From the NCBI GenBank assembly GCA_977020255.1, contig CDROCS010002858.1, forward strand, positions 1 through 64,000: a stretch of 64,000 bases of DNA, read 5' to 3'. The notes below the pieces were generated by a model that was not told the DNA's origin, made no database searches, and saw only the letters and a program-made list of their open reading frames with translations. Below are positions 50,560-63,217 of the stretch, piece after piece. How positions within the stretch are numbered: position 1 is the stretch's first letter; the number at the start of each line of letters is the position of its first letter. The position numbers and the translations under genes are program-made. The DNA is from Obrimoposthia wandeli. Its lineage: Eukaryota.

Positions 50560-50588
50560 GGGAAGATAACTTATCTTTCCTTTTTTTT
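50560..50588 (+). terminator. Intrinsic terminator after aer
   Basis: GGGAAGATAA-C-TTATCTTTCC followed by T8. Confidence 0.75.
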
Positions 50589-50769
50589 GTCTCATTCACT
50601 CTCGCCTACCAAACATAAAACAAATTAAATCAACAACCTAAACTCTTATCCTTATTCTTTATCTACTTTTAAAAACCCTCATTACTTATTATCTCTATTT
50701 TTGTTTTTGACAATAAACCTGAATAGCGAATGATACTTTTCTAATATCCTTTATCAATAGCCCTTCATG

Positions 50770-50785
50770 AGTTCCACGTGAAACT
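50770..50785. other. parS: parS centromere-like site (ParB binding)
   Basis: AGTTCCACGTGAAACT; its 14-bp core matches the parS consensus (TGTTNCACGTGAAACA); intergenic. Confidence 0.8.
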
Positions 50786-50823
50786 CCTGAAGAGCAACTT
50801 CAAAAAAAACGCGTAACCTGCTG

Positions 50824-53199
50824 TTATATCTTTATTTTTGACATTTCACTCAGGCACTGAACAGCAATAGAGTTAACAGATCCTTCTGAATATTGATCGT
50901 TACTACCTAACTCTCCAACTTCAATTCCCATAAGCAAACTTAAACACTCATCTACAGAAGCAACCGCGTAAACATTAAACACCCCCTTAGAGACAGCGCT
51001 TAATACTTCTTCCTTCAGCATCATATTTCTAACATTAGCTTTTGGAACAATGACACCTTGTGGGCCATTTGCAAATTTACGCTGTTTACAAATTTCAAAG
51101 AAGCCTTCAATTTTTTCGTTCACTCCCCCTATCGCCTGCACTTCACCAAACTGGTTAATCGAACCAGTAATCGCAAACGATTGAGATATTGGCAGTTTAG
51201 TTAGTGATGAAATCAAAGCACATACTTCAGCAAGCGATGCACTATCTCCGTCAATAGCTCCATAAGATTGCTCCATGGCAATATTTGCAGAAATCTTAAT
51301 CGGAAAGCCTTTGGCATACTTATAACCCAAATAGCCTGATAAAATTAACACGCCTTTAGAGTGTATTGACTGACCTAAGTCAGCCTCTCTTTCTATATCA
51401 ACGATCCCCTGGTCTCCAGGGAAAACTGTTGCAGTTATTCTAGCTGCGGTACCAAAGGATACATCCCCGACCTGTAATATTGTTAGTCCGTTACAGGTAC
51501 CAACCTTTTTATCACTCGTATCAATCAAAACGACTTCATTTAAGATACTATCAACAATTCTCTGGCAAAGCCTTCCAGTACGGCTCTCCTGCGCTGATAA
51601 GGCCAAATCTACATGCTCGTCTGATACAAGCTCATCACCTGCTTGTAGCCGCTTATAATCAGCCTCACAAATCAAATCAACAATATCCCCAATGTGCGAC
51701 GACAACATGCTGGTATCGTCAGCACATCTTGAACTATGCTCAACCAGCCTTGCGACGGCTGTCTTCGTGAATTCAGCTAAGCCTTCTTGTTCTGCTAAGG
51801 TTTTAATCAAACGAGCATAATTTTTAATGGATTTATTAGTTCGAGGAATAACTTCATCAAAATCAACGACAACCCGAAATGTTTTTTCAAAATCAGGATC
51901 AAAATCCTGTAACACATAGTAGGTATTTCTCGAACCTACAAGAGCAACTTTTACTTTTAGAGGTACAGGTTCAGGACTCTGCATAAATGAGCTACCGCCC
52001 ATAGCTTCAATAGACGGATGCTCTATACGCACCTCGTGAGCCTTTAGTGCTCTTTTTAAAGCAGAATAAACATGAGGCATTTCGAGCAGCTTTTCAGCAT
52101 CAAGTAACAAATAACCGCCATTCGCTTTGTGTAACGCTCCTGCTCTTATACGTTGATAAGAGCTAGACAAAGCATGCATATCATTAGCTAACTCCAGCCT
52201 GCCAAACAAGTTTTCATAAGTCGGATGAGCTTCATAAATAACCGCAGCACCCTTAATTTGGCTATTATCAACCAACACATTAATACTGTACCATTCTTGC
52301 ATAATTGCCCGGCGAGAAGTATCTGTTAGCAGCTCGCCTGTTTTGTCATCATTTAATAAGTCATCAGCGTTTCTCGCAATATGCTTAATCATCTCCTTAT
52401 AGTAATCCAACAGCCTTTCGTGCTCACTATAAGCTTGCTGCAGCTTTTCCAGCAAAGGCTCTACCGCTTGAATTGCCGTATCTTTTTCTAGCTTTTTCAT
52501 ATCCTCTGCAGCTTCTCTTCTCCAAATAGGCAAAGAAGTTAAGCTTTCTGTCAAAAAATCTTCTAAATCTGCAATGTTTTGAGTGAACGTTAAACGAACC
52601 TCTTCTTCTAATTGTGAAAATTGCGCCTCATCCATTGCTTGGCCATTACTGACGGGCGAAAACCCAACCGAGCCCGCTTCACGAAACAAAGCAATACTTT
52701 GCCCTCTTGCCTGCTCCTCAACTACATCTAACGCATTGTCATACAATGCATTAAAATCTTTTTCTATCTTGCTCTTTCTCCTCTGAAAATCAGGGCTCTC
52801 ATAAGCCGCAGGTAGCTCAGTTAAGATGGCCTCAATTAGCTTTTCGTTATCACGCTTGAGTTTTATTGCTGTACCGTTAGGCAAATAAATAGCAGACGGA
52901 GAGCGCCCTTCTTCAAAGTTATTTAGATAGATCCAATCAACTGGCTTCTCTTCTTTTTTAGCAACTCCTTTTAACATATCTAGTGCGAACGAGAACCGGC
53001 CAGTATGGGGGTTACCCATCACAAAAAAGTTATAACCCGGCCTTTTCATTCCAACGCCAAACTCCATTGCTTCGAGTGCACGGCTTTGGCCAAAAAAACC
53101 CTTAAATTTTTCTACTGTGGAAGTATCACTAAAAGGCAATAACTCTAAATTACATTTTTTATAAAGCTGTTCAATAGATAAAGGAGATATCTTTGTCAT
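50824..53199 (-). CDS. Lon-like protease (S16) with degenerate AAA module, LonC/YcbZ-type
   Basis: DWIYLNNF, GALHKANGGYLLLD, DGDSAS (catalytic Ser), GGVNEKIEGFF (Lys); Walker A reads GNPHTGRF. Confidence 0.88.
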   Translation of the reverse strand: MTKISPLSIEQLYKKCNLELLPFSDTSTVEKFKGFFGQSRALEAMEFGVGMKRPGYNFFVMGNPHTGRFSFALDMLKGVAKKEEKPVDWIYLNNFEEGRSPSAIYLPNGTAIKLKRDNEKLIEAILTELPAAYESPDFQRRKSKIEKDFNALYDNALDVVEEQARGQSIALFREAGSVGFSPVSNGQAMDEAQFSQLEEEVRLTFTQNIADLEDFLTESLTSLPIWRREAAEDMKKLEKDTAIQAVEPLLEKLQQAYSEHERLLDYYKEMIKHIARNADDLLNDDKTGELLTDTSRRAIMQEWYSINVLVDNSQIKGAAVIYEAHPTYENLFGRLELANDMHALSSSYQRIRAGALHKANGGYLLLDAEKLLEMPHVYSALKRALKAHEVRIEHPSIEAMGGSSFMQSPEPVPLKVKVALVGSRNTYYVLQDFDPDFEKTFRVVVDFDEVIPRTNKSIKNYARLIKTLAEQEGLAEFTKTAVARLVEHSSRCADDTSMLSSHIGDIVDLICEADYKRLQAGDELVSDEHVDLALSAQESRTGRLCQRIVDSILNEVVLIDTSDKKVGTCNGLTILQVGDVSFGTAARITATVFPGDQGIVDIEREADLGQSIHSKGVLILSGYLGYKYAKGFPIKISANIAMEQSYGAIDGDSASLAEVCALISSLTKLPISQSFAITGSINQFGEVQAIGGVNEKIEGFFEICKQRKFANGPQGVIVPKANVRNMMLKEEVLSAVSKGVFNVYAVASVDECLSLLMGIEVGELGSNDQYSEGSVNSIAVQCLSEMSKIKI

Positions 53200-53365
53200 A
53201 AACTTACCTGTGTAATAGGAAGATTAAATAGTTAAATAACTGATAGTTACTACTATATATAAAACAAAAACATGAACTGTGAAAGACAACTGAGGCCATT
53301 AAAATAATAAACTGTATTATCCTAACTAAACACAGAAAAAAGAAGTGGTACTACTAGTAGGAGGC

Positions 53366-53399
53366 AAACGAATTGAAATTAAGATATTTCAATTCGTTT
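53366..53399. terminator. 14-bp perfect stem-loop in the lon-aroE gap
   Basis: AAACGAATTGAAAT-TAAGAT-ATTTCAATTCGTTT. Confidence 0.55.
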
Positions 53400-53542
53400 T
53401 ATAAATTTACTTGGATTTTGAAGCAAGCAAATTAATGAATAATTATTTTAAAGCAACGTATAACTGTTCATAGTTTTACGTTACTTTAATCCAAACACAA
53501 AACAATTTCATTAACTAACTAAGTGATTAGAGTTGTTTAATA

Positions 53543-55323
<1,781 letters not shown>

Positions 55324-55354
55324 TTACTACTCAATCAATAGTTAGTACTTACTA

Positions 55355-55987
55355 TTAACGAACACGAGTACCTGATGCTAAATCAAATATTTTACTTGGA
55401 GACAAGTTGTTTCCGAGTTCTTCATCAACCAAACAATCAAATCCAACAGGGAAGTATTGATAACATTGCTGTTTTGTTACTGCAGGCATGGCACCTGCTG
55501 TATTTAAAGAAGTTGACACTATTGGCCCTTGTAAAGACTCGCAAATAGCTTGAATGACAGGATGATTACTTACTCTAATAGCCACTGAACTAAAGTCGCC
55601 TTTAATCCAATGTGGAATTATATTTTCACCATCCTCTACCAACCATGTTGTAGACCCAGGCCAACTTTCATTTAATATTGACAGTTGATTTTGAGGAACA
55701 CCAGACAGTAAATCAGAAAATTGACTCATGTTGGCAGCAACAAGAATTAAGCCTTTAGACAATGCCCTATTCTTAAGCCTTAATATTCGCGTTACAGCTT
55801 CTTCGTTTGACGGAAGGCATCCTAACCCCCAAACAGCTTCTGTAGGGTATGCAATCACACCCTTGTTATTGATCGTATTAACAAGAGTGTGAATATCGCT
55901 TATTTTACATTCCAAACTCGAATTACACCTCGCCGCGCTCAAGCTGTAACTGCAAAGCTTTATCTTTAGCAATAACAGCTTCTGCAT
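55355..55987 (-). CDS. tsaC: Threonylcarbamoyl-AMP synthase (Sua5/YrdC)
   Basis: AYPTEAVWGLGC, KGLIL, AIRVSNHP, STSLN. Likely TTG start at 55915 with a GAGG RBS. Confidence 0.92.
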   Translation of the reverse strand: MQKLLLLKIKLCSYSLSAARCNSSLECKISDIHTLVNTINNKGVIAYPTEAVWGLGCLPSNEEAVTRILRLKNRALSKGLILVAANMSQFSDLLSGVPQNQLSILNESWPGSTTWLVEDGENIIPHWIKGDFSSVAIRVSNHPVIQAICESLQGPIVSTSLNTAGAMPAVTKQQCYQYFPVGFDCLVDEELGNNLSPSKIFDLASGTRVR

Positions 55988-56435
55988 TTGCTGCTCTATC
56001 TTTAATTATTCTCATAGCAAGCTCAGGATCTGCTACAGCCATAATTTGAGAAGCCAAGTAAGCTGCGTTTTTAGCACCCGCTTTGCCAATAGCAACTGTT
56101 GCAACAGGAATACCACCTGGCATTTGCACTGTTGACAACAACGCATCTAAACCATCAAGAGAAGACTCTATAGGAACACCTATAACGGGTTTAGTAGTTG
56201 CAGCAGCAACAGCACCTGCTAGATGTGCAGCCATTCCAGCTGCACAAATAAATGCAACAGCGCCGCGCTTATCTGCATCTTTTACATAGTCGTGTGTATA
56301 TGCAGGTGTTCTATGTGCTGAACTGATTTTTACTTCAAATCCAACATCTAAACTTCTTAACACTGATATAGCTGATTTCATTATTGGCAAATCAGAATCA
56401 GAACCCATTAAAATTGCAATAAATGCTTGTGACAT
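55923..56435 (-). CDS. purE: PurE (N5-CAIR mutase / AIR carboxylase family)
   Basis: [34 protein letters not shown]. Confidence 0.95.
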   Translation of the reverse strand: MSQAFIAILMGSDSDLPIMKSAISVLRSLDVGFEVKISSAHRTPAYTHDYVKDADKRGAVAFICAAGMAAHLAGAVAAATTKPVIGVPIESSLDGLDALLSTVQMPGGIPVATVAIGKAGAKNAAYLASQIMAVADPELAMRIIKDRAANAEAVIAKDKALQLQLERGEV

Positions 56436-56510
56436 AATCGTTCCTAAACTAAATTAATCGTATTGCTATTGTCCTGATCTGGCTTATAAATTCAACCTTT
56501 ATACGCGCAG

Positions 56511-57626
56511 TTATTTTATCCTTTTATAATAATCACCCACTCTTTCTATATAACCCTCTAACTCAAGCTCTACAAGCTCACCAGCAATGCTATTCAATGG
56601 TAATTTTAACGCTGCACAAACTGACATAGAACTTGTCGCTTCATAATCAATAGCACTTAAAATATCAACTAAGTCGTTAGATATTGAATTTATGGGTTCC
56701 AGATTTGAGTTTGAATAATCAACAGCCTCTATATTCAGTTCTTCCAATACATCATCAATACAATCTACTAACTTCGCTCCTTCTTTAATAAGCCTATGGC
56801 AACCTTCACTGCCTTGGTAAGCAATAGGCCCAGGTACGGCAAATACTTCCCTATTTTGCTCCATTGCCATACGAGCAGTTATTAAAGTTCCACTTTTAGA
56901 CTTTGCTTCTACAATAATTGTACCTAATGACAGGCCACTGATTATTCTGTTTCTTCGAGGAAAGTTAGATGCTATTGCTTTCATACCGGGAAGATATTCG
57001 GAAACCCAAGCACCTTTTGTTAAAATTCGTGTTGCTAGATGTGCATGCTGCACAGGGTAAATTCTATCTAAACCTGTTCCCATGACTGCAATCGTTTCGA
57101 GATCGACATCTAAAACTCCAGAGTGGGCTGCACTATCAACACCCATTGCCAGACCACTTGACACTACAATGTTATTCATAGCTAACTGCTGGGCAAATTC
57201 ATAAGCTGTTTTTAAGCTGGCTCGACTAGCTTTTCGACTACCTACAATAGCTATTTGAGGTTTTTTGAGTAAACGAACATCTCCTTTTATAAATAAAAAA
57301 ACAGGGCAATCATCAATTTGATTTAGCAGATAAGGATAATCGTCACCCCATCTATTGATCATTAGTATGTTGTTATCTGACATCATCTGTCGAATAGCAC
57401 ATACTTGTATGAACAAACTTCCATGTTGGAGGCTATATTCTTTTAACCTACTTTGATTAGCGACTGAAATGGATTTATGTTGTGAGCAGCAACAGACTAA
57501 CTGAAAGATATCAAGCGAAGCATGGTCGGTTTGATTTTCGAAAATTGATTTGATTGTTTGTCTGCCTATTCTGGGCAGCAAGTTTAGAGCTATTAAAAAT
57601 TGATTGAATTCGGATAAAATACTCAC
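56511..57626 (-). CDS. dprA: DNA-processing protein DprA
   Basis: IAIVGSR, VVSSGLAMGVD, NFPRRNRIISG, SGTLITA, EVFAVPG. Confidence 0.95.
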   Translation of the reverse strand: MSILSEFNQFLIALNLLPRIGRQTIKSIFENQTDHASLDIFQLVCCCSQHKSISVANQSRLKEYSLQHGSLFIQVCAIRQMMSDNNILMINRWGDDYPYLLNQIDDCPVFLFIKGDVRLLKKPQIAIVGSRKASRASLKTAYEFAQQLAMNNIVVSSGLAMGVDSAAHSGVLDVDLETIAVMGTGLDRIYPVQHAHLATRILTKGAWVSEYLPGMKAIASNFPRRNRIISGLSLGTIIVEAKSKSGTLITARMAMEQNREVFAVPGPIAYQGSEGCHRLIKEGAKLVDCIDDVLEELNIEAVDYSNSNLEPINSISNDLVDILSAIDYEATSSMSVCAALKLPLNSIAGELVELELEGYIERVGDYYKRIK

Positions 57627-57656
57627 CTCCTTTGTGTCGGAAGCGAGTATTAACTT

Positions 57657-58691
57657 TTACTTTACTGCTGTTAAAACATCGCCAGGTGACACTATTCCTG
57701 TTGCACTTAAAATTATTCCGTAGCTAAGGTTCTCAAATACATTCACAACCATTACTTCTGCCACTACTGTAGAATCAATTTCAATCATCTCATTGGTGCG
57801 AGGATCTTTGATCGAAACCCCAGCTTTACTAACGTTAAAGACATGCCCTGGATATAGCCCTGAGTTTTTACCAAGATCAATCACCACACCATCATGCAAG
57901 GATACTTGTACCGTTTGCGAAATAGAGGTAAGAATTTTTCCTGTAAGATGCTCAGGCGCTGCAGCTAAATAGTACAACGGCTTTAAACCAAGCTCTTGAG
58001 GCCTAACTATAAAATCATTCTTACGAATCACACCTTTTGCACTGATGATTTCAGCTCTAGAAATCTCTCCTTTCTTTTCTATAACATTCAGAGAACCAAC
58101 TTTGAAAATTTCTACATTATCATTTAATAGACCTTGTGCCGCACCATACACATTACCCTTACGGTATATATGATACTGGTTATACAAAGGATCTAAATTC
58201 CCTCTGATATAAACCTCATCTCCCTTTGAAATCAATTGTCTCAGACTAACACTAGATAGGATGTAAGGCATTTTGTTAATTCTATCGGCCTCGACAATAC
58301 GTCGATCATTGATAAAAGCTTTTAAAGCGTTCTTAGGTATTGCTGTAATTGGTGAAAATTTGTTTGCAACTCTGATCTTAGGGCTTAAATTTGCACTACT
58401 ATTTTTAGTTTTGCTGAGATACGGCTTACCATCTTTATAATGTAAGTAGATAGTATCATTAGGATATATAAGATCCGGGTTCTTTATTTGATCATTTTGC
58501 TGCCAAATACTTTTCCACTTCCAGGGGGATTTTAGAAAAACGCCTGCGATATCCCAGAGAGTGTCTCCCTTTTTAACCACATATTCATTTGGCGAACTAT
58601 TCTTTAATAACTGTTGCGCGCTAACTGCTGGTGCTAAAACTGCGATTAAAGCTAACACTAATGTATATTTTATTACACGAACTCTGTCCAT
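57657..58691 (-). CDS. LysM peptidoglycan-binding protein (usual dprA neighbour)
   Basis: Signal peptide; YVVKKGDTLWDIA...W...IKNPDLIYP LysM domain. Confidence 0.9.
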   Translation of the reverse strand: MDRVRVIKYTLVLALIAVLAPAVSAQQLLKNSSPNEYVVKKGDTLWDIAGVFLKSPWKWKSIWQQNDQIKNPDLIYPNDTIYLHYKDGKPYLSKTKNSSANLSPKIRVANKFSPITAIPKNALKAFINDRRIVEADRINKMPYILSSVSLRQLISKGDEVYIRGNLDPLYNQYHIYRKGNVYGAAQGLLNDNVEIFKVGSLNVIEKKGEISRAEIISAKGVIRKNDFIVRPQELGLKPLYYLAAAPEHLTGKILTSISQTVQVSLHDGVVIDLGKNSGLYPGHVFNVSKAGVSIKDPRTNEMIEIDSTVVAEVMVVNVFENLSYGIILSATGIVSPGDVLTAVK

Positions 58692-58864
58692 AGGGGCCTC
58701 TGTAAGTTATTAAATCGACTATGAATAACCGGTGAATTATATACTAGATACTAATCTACCGCCTCCCATAAAAAAAGCTAAAATTATCTAACCATAAAGA
58801 TACAACACTCAGTATAATATAAGGGATTTTTTTAACTCCCTAATACAATTTTTTGGTTAATAAT

Positions 58865-59368
58865 ATGGCCCTGCTCCCTATACTAGAATTTCCAGACCCA
58901 CGCCTTAGAACAATTGCAAGTAATGTAACTGAATTTGACGCTGCATTAAAAAAAACGGTTAAAGATATGTTTGAGACAATGTATGAAGCTCCCGGTATCG
59001 GGCTTGCTGCATCCCAGATCAACTTGCATAAAAAAATAATCGTAATAGATATTTCTGACGACAAAGATGAACCCTTAGTATTGATCAATCCTGAATTCGA
59101 AGTTATCGACCAAGAAATTGACACTATGCAAGAAGGCTGCCTTTCTGTCCCAGGTTTCTACGAAGACGTAACTAGACCAAAACATATTAAAGTCACCTGC
59201 TTCGATGAAAACGGCACTGAAAGATCTTTTGAGGCCAAAGAATTACTAGCCGTTTGCATTCAACATGAAATTGATCATTTGAATGGAAAATTATTTGTTG
59301 ATTATATTTCAAAGCTTAAGCGCAATCGAATCAAAACCAAATTAGAAAAACTACATAAGTATCAATAA
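58865..59368 (+). CDS. def: Peptide deformylase
   Basis: [25 protein letters not shown] 58865 preferred over the track's 58853. Confidence 0.97.
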   Translation: MALLPILEFPDPRLRTIASNVTEFDAALKKTVKDMFETMYEAPGIGLAASQINLHKKIIVIDISDDKDEPLVLINPEFEVIDQEIDTMQEGCLSVPGFYEDVTRPKHIKVTCFDENGTERSFEAKELLAVCIQHEIDHLNGKLFVDYISKLKRNRIKTKLEKLHKYQ

Positions 59369-59405
59369 CACCGACACCATACTTCAATAATTTCTTAGGT
59401 CACAC

Positions 59406-60395
59406 ATGTCCACACCTCTTAAAATAGTTTTTGCAGGCACTCCTGATTTCGCAGCTCAAACCTTGGCAGCACTTGTTGCCAGCAAACATGAAGTGATAGC
59501 CGTTTATACACAGCCAGACAGACGTGCAGGAAGAGGAAAACAACTAACCGCCTCTCCTGTAAAGAAACTAGCGCTAGAGAATGATATTGAAGTTTATCAG
59601 CCTATTCATTTCAAGGATGATTCGGATCTTCAGACCTTGAGCAGCCTTAATGCAGATATCATGGTTGTCGTTGCTTACGGAATTATTCTACCGCAAAGCG
59701 TACTAGACATTCCTGAGTTTGGTTGCCTAAACGTACACGCCTCCCTACTTCCTAGATGGCGCGGAGCAGCTCCAATTGAACGCTCTCTTTTAGCTGGAGA
59801 TCTAGTTACTGGGGTTACCATCATGCAGATGGACAAAGGTCTTGATACTGGAGATATGCTTAATAGCATATCAATTCCTATTACCCCAGATTTAACCAGT
59901 GGCGCACTACATGATTTACTCATCCCTGCCGGGTCTGAATCTTTACTAACAACCCTTGATCAAGTTAGCAGCAACCAATTGACACCAGTAGTTCAAGATG
60001 AATCTCTTGCCTGCTACGCACAAAAGCTAACAAAGCAAGAAGGCCTAATAGATTGGGCAAATACAGCAGAAAGCATTTCGATTAAAATCAGAGGCTTAAC
60101 ACCGAGACCTGTGGCATTCTCTTCTGTGTCAGATGAAACAGTAAGAATTTGGCACGCTATAGCGGCCGAGATACCAAGCACCGAGATTCTTACTTTGGAC
60201 CAATATATTCCCGGAACTATCATCGCCGCCAACAAACATGGAATAGATGTTTGTTGCGGTAAACAAACCATTTTAACTATACTCAAAGTACAACTTGCTG
60301 GAGGCAAACAGCTTGAGGCACACCAAGTTGTAAACTCAAAAAAAGAGACCTTCCAAGTAGGTAACGTTTTTTCTTCTTTAGGCAATGAACTTTAA
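59406..60395 (+). CDS. fmt: Methionyl-tRNA formyltransferase
   Basis: FAGTPDFA, NVHASLLPRWRGAAPI, GLDTGD. Confidence 0.97.
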   Translation: MSTPLKIVFAGTPDFAAQTLAALVASKHEVIAVYTQPDRRAGRGKQLTASPVKKLALENDIEVYQPIHFKDDSDLQTLSSLNADIMVVVAYGIILPQSVLDIPEFGCLNVHASLLPRWRGAAPIERSLLAGDLVTGVTIMQMDKGLDTGDMLNSISIPITPDLTSGALHDLLIPAGSESLLTTLDQVSSNQLTPVVQDESLACYAQKLTKQEGLIDWANTAESISIKIRGLTPRPVAFSSVSDETVRIWHAIAAEIPSTEILTLDQYIPGTIIAANKHGIDVCCGKQTILTILKVQLAGGKQLEAHQVVNSKKETFQVGNVFSSLGNEL

Positions 60396-61695
60396 TATGA
60401 ATGCAAGATATTTAGCGACACAAGCCATAGCCCCACTTCTACGAAACTCAGGCTCTTTGAAATACAGTTTAAAGAAGTTTTTGGTTGACTGCCCTGACAA
60501 CCAAAAGCCCTTAATGCAAGAGCTCTGCTACGGCTCTATGCGCCACTACCCAAAGCTTGATTGCATCATTAAGGAGCTAACTCAAAAACCACTAAAAACT
60601 AAAGATTCAGACATTAGAGCGCTTCTTTTAATTGGCTTGTATCAACTAACCAATCTTAGCATTCCAGATCACGCTGCCATTAGCGAAACTGTAGATGTAT
60701 GCGATCAATTAAAAAAAACTTGGGCAAAACCTCTTCTGAATGCATGCCTTAGAAACTTCCTTAGATCAAGAGATTCTCTAGCAACCAAGTTAGATAGCCA
60801 AAAACAGTTTAAATTCAATCACCCTGAATGGTTTATTGAGAAACTAAAACACAACTGGCCCGACGATTGGCAGCAAATCCTTTCTGCCAACGATGACCAC
60901 CCTCCTCTGACATTACGCGTCAACACCAAAATAGTTTCACGTGAAACATTGCTTCTCAGATTGAAAGAGAACGATATTGACGCAAGAACCACTGAAAGCT
61001 CAGAATATGGCATAACATTAACAAAGCCTACGGACATTACTCAAATAGAAGGCTTTACAGCAGGCGAGTTTAGCGTTCAAGATGAAGCAGCACAGTTAGC
61101 AGCATCTTTAGTTGCCCCGAAAGCAGGCGAGCTGATATTAGATGCATGCAGTGCGCCAGGTGGCAAACTACTACACCTAATGGAGCTAAGTGATTGTAAA
61201 GAAACAGAGATACAAGGTTTAGAACTAGAGGAACACCGAGCAGCCAGAATACTTGAAAATTTTGAACGGCTGAATCTGAGATGTGAATTGCATATCGCTG
61301 ATGCAACTAAATCGGATTGGTGGGACAGCAGACTGTACGACAAAATATTACTGGACGCTCCCTGCAGTGCAACAGGTGTCATAAGAAGAAATCCTGATAT
61401 CAAATTATTAAGAACCCAAGAAGACATTCATGAAACAGCAAAACTTCAAAAAGTAATACTAGATAACATGTGGGACAAGCTCAAAGTCGGCGGGCAGCTT
61501 GTTTATGCCACCTGTTCAATCTTCGCACAAGAAAACGAAAACCAAGTACGTAGCTTTCTAAAAAGGCACAGCGATGCAGAGCACGAAGCTATTGAAGCAA
61601 ACTGGGGCCGTGAAAGAGAATTTGGAAGACAGCTATTTCCTCAAACAAACGGCCACGATGGGTTTTACTATGCTATTTTGAAGAAAACACATTGA
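60385..61695 (+). CDS. rsmB: 16S rRNA m5C967 methyltransferase
   Basis: NusB-like N-terminus; VQDEAAQ, DACSAPGGK, LDAPCSATGVIRRNPD, YATCS. Confidence 0.96.
   Translation: MNFNMNARYLATQAIAPLLRNSGSLKYSLKKFLVDCPDNQKPLMQELCYGSMRHYPKLDCIIKELTQKPLKTKDSDIRALLLIGLYQLTNLSIPDHAAISETVDVCDQLKKTWAKPLLNACLRNFLRSRDSLATKLDSQKQFKFNHPEWFIEKLKHNWPDDWQQILSANDDHPPLTLRVNTKIVSRETLLLRLKENDIDARTTESSEYGITLTKPTDITQIEGFTAGEFSVQDEAAQLAASLVAPKAGELILDACSAPGGKLLHLMELSDCKETEIQGLELEEHRAARILENFERLNLRCELHIADATKSDWWDSRLYDKILLDAPCSATGVIRRNPDIKLLRTQEDIHETAKLQKVILDNMWDKLKVGGQLVYATCSIFAQENENQVRSFLKRHSDAEHEAIEANWGREREFGRQLFPQTNGHDGFYYAILKKTH
60933..60948. other. parS: parS site embedded in the rsmB coding sequence
   Basis: AGTTTCACGTGAAACA, 15/16 to TGTTTCACGTGAAACA, with a perfect 14-bp palindromic core. 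Confidence 0.8.
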
Positions 61696-61815
61696 TAAAT
61701 CATCGCACAGTACTATCATGGATTGATAACATACTAGCCGCTGACCTTACTAATAGTCGTTTAAAAACAGCGTCATATTAAACCAAGTAAAAGAAGATAC
61801 ATAAGAGCAACAGCC

Positions 61816-63192
61816 ATGAAAATCATTATACTCGGTGCCGGCCAAGTTGGCGGTACATTAGCAGAAAACCTAGCCAGTGAAGCTAATGACATTACTATTG
61901 TCGACTCTAATGCGCAAAGATTAAGAGAACTACAAGACAGACTAGACATAAGCACTGTAGAAGGAATGGCATCATACCCTGGCACTCTCGATAGAGCTGG
62001 AGCAGAAGATGCAGATATGCTGATAGCTGTAACGAGTAGTGATGAAGTAAACATGATTGCATGTCAGCTGGCACAGACCTTATACAAAACTCCAACAAAA
62101 ATCGCTAGAGTCAGAAGTCACGATTACATAAACCAGTCAAAGAAAATATTTTGTAAAACAGCATTGCCGGTAGATGTAATTATAAGCCCAGAGCAACTTG
62201 TAACAAAGAACGTAAAACGCCTGATCGAACGACCAGGCGCTTTACAAGTATTAGACTTTGCAGACGGCAAAGCTCAATTAGTCGCAGTGAAGGCATATTA
62301 CGGCGGACCTTTGGTAGGCAACCAAATTTCGTTTTTAAAACAACACATGCCAAATGTAGATACACGTGTCGCTGCAATTTTCAGAAAAGGTAGCCCGATA
62401 ACGCCACAAGGCGACACAGTTATTGAAGTAGACGATGAAGTATTTTTCATAGCAGCAACCGAAGACATCTTACCCGTGATGGGGGAACTGAGACGTCTTG
62501 ATAGCCCATATAAAAGAATAGTCATAGCTGGCGGCGGTAATATCGGTTTGCGCTTGGCACAATCAATAGAAGATAAATTTCAAGTAAAAATAATAGAGCG
62601 CTATATGGAACGCTGCGAAATACTCGCAAACACTTTAAACGACACTGTGGTATTACATGGCAACGCTTCAGATAGAGACCTATTACTTGAAGAGAACATT
62701 GAAGACACGGATGTGTTTTGTGCCCTAACAAATGACGACGAAGCTAACATCATGGCCTCTATGCTTGCGAAAAAGTTAGGCGCTAAAACAGTAATGACAT
62801 TGATCAATAACCCAGCTTACGTAGATTTAGTACAAGGAGGTGTCATTGATATAGCCATCTCTCCGCAGCAAACAACTATAGGCGCCCTACTGACTCATGT
62901 ACGCAAAGGAGATGTGGCAGCAGTGCATTCTCTGCGCAGAGGGGCCGCTGAGGTGCTAGAAGTCGTTGCTCATGGTGACAACAAAAGCTCAAAAGTAGTC
63001 GGTAAAGCTTTAAGTGACATAGATTTACCAACCGGTACCACAATAGGCGCCATTGTCAGAAACGAGAAAGTGTTAATTGCACACGATCACGTGATTGTAG
63101 AAAACGATGATCATCTAATTTTATTTTTAGTTGATAAAAACAAAATTGAAGAAGTAGAGAAGCTGTTCCAAGTGGGGCTCGCTTTTTTCTAA
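61816..63192 (+). CDS. trkA: Trk potassium uptake NAD-binding subunit
   Basis: [12 protein letters not shown]; two RCK domains (GGGNIG). Confidence 0.97.
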   Translation: MKIIILGAGQVGGTLAENLASEANDITIVDSNAQRLRELQDRLDISTVEGMASYPGTLDRAGAEDADMLIAVTSSDEVNMIACQLAQTLYKTPTKIARVRSHDYINQSKKIFCKTALPVDVIISPEQLVTKNVKRLIERPGALQVLDFADGKAQLVAVKAYYGGPLVGNQISFLKQHMPNVDTRVAAIFRKGSPITPQGDTVIEVDDEVFFIAATEDILPVMGELRRLDSPYKRIVIAGGGNIGLRLAQSIEDKFQVKIIERYMERCEILANTLNDTVVLHGNASDRDLLLEENIEDTDVFCALTNDDEANIMASMLAKKLGAKTVMTLINNPAYVDLVQGGVIDIAISPQQTTIGALLTHVRKGDVAAVHSLRRGAAEVLEVVAHGDNKSSKVVGKALSDIDLPTGTTIGAIVRNEKVLIAHDHVIVENDDHLILFLVDKNKIEEVEKLFQVGLAFF

Positions 63193-63217
63193 TATAACTT
63201 AACTAAAAAACGAAATT

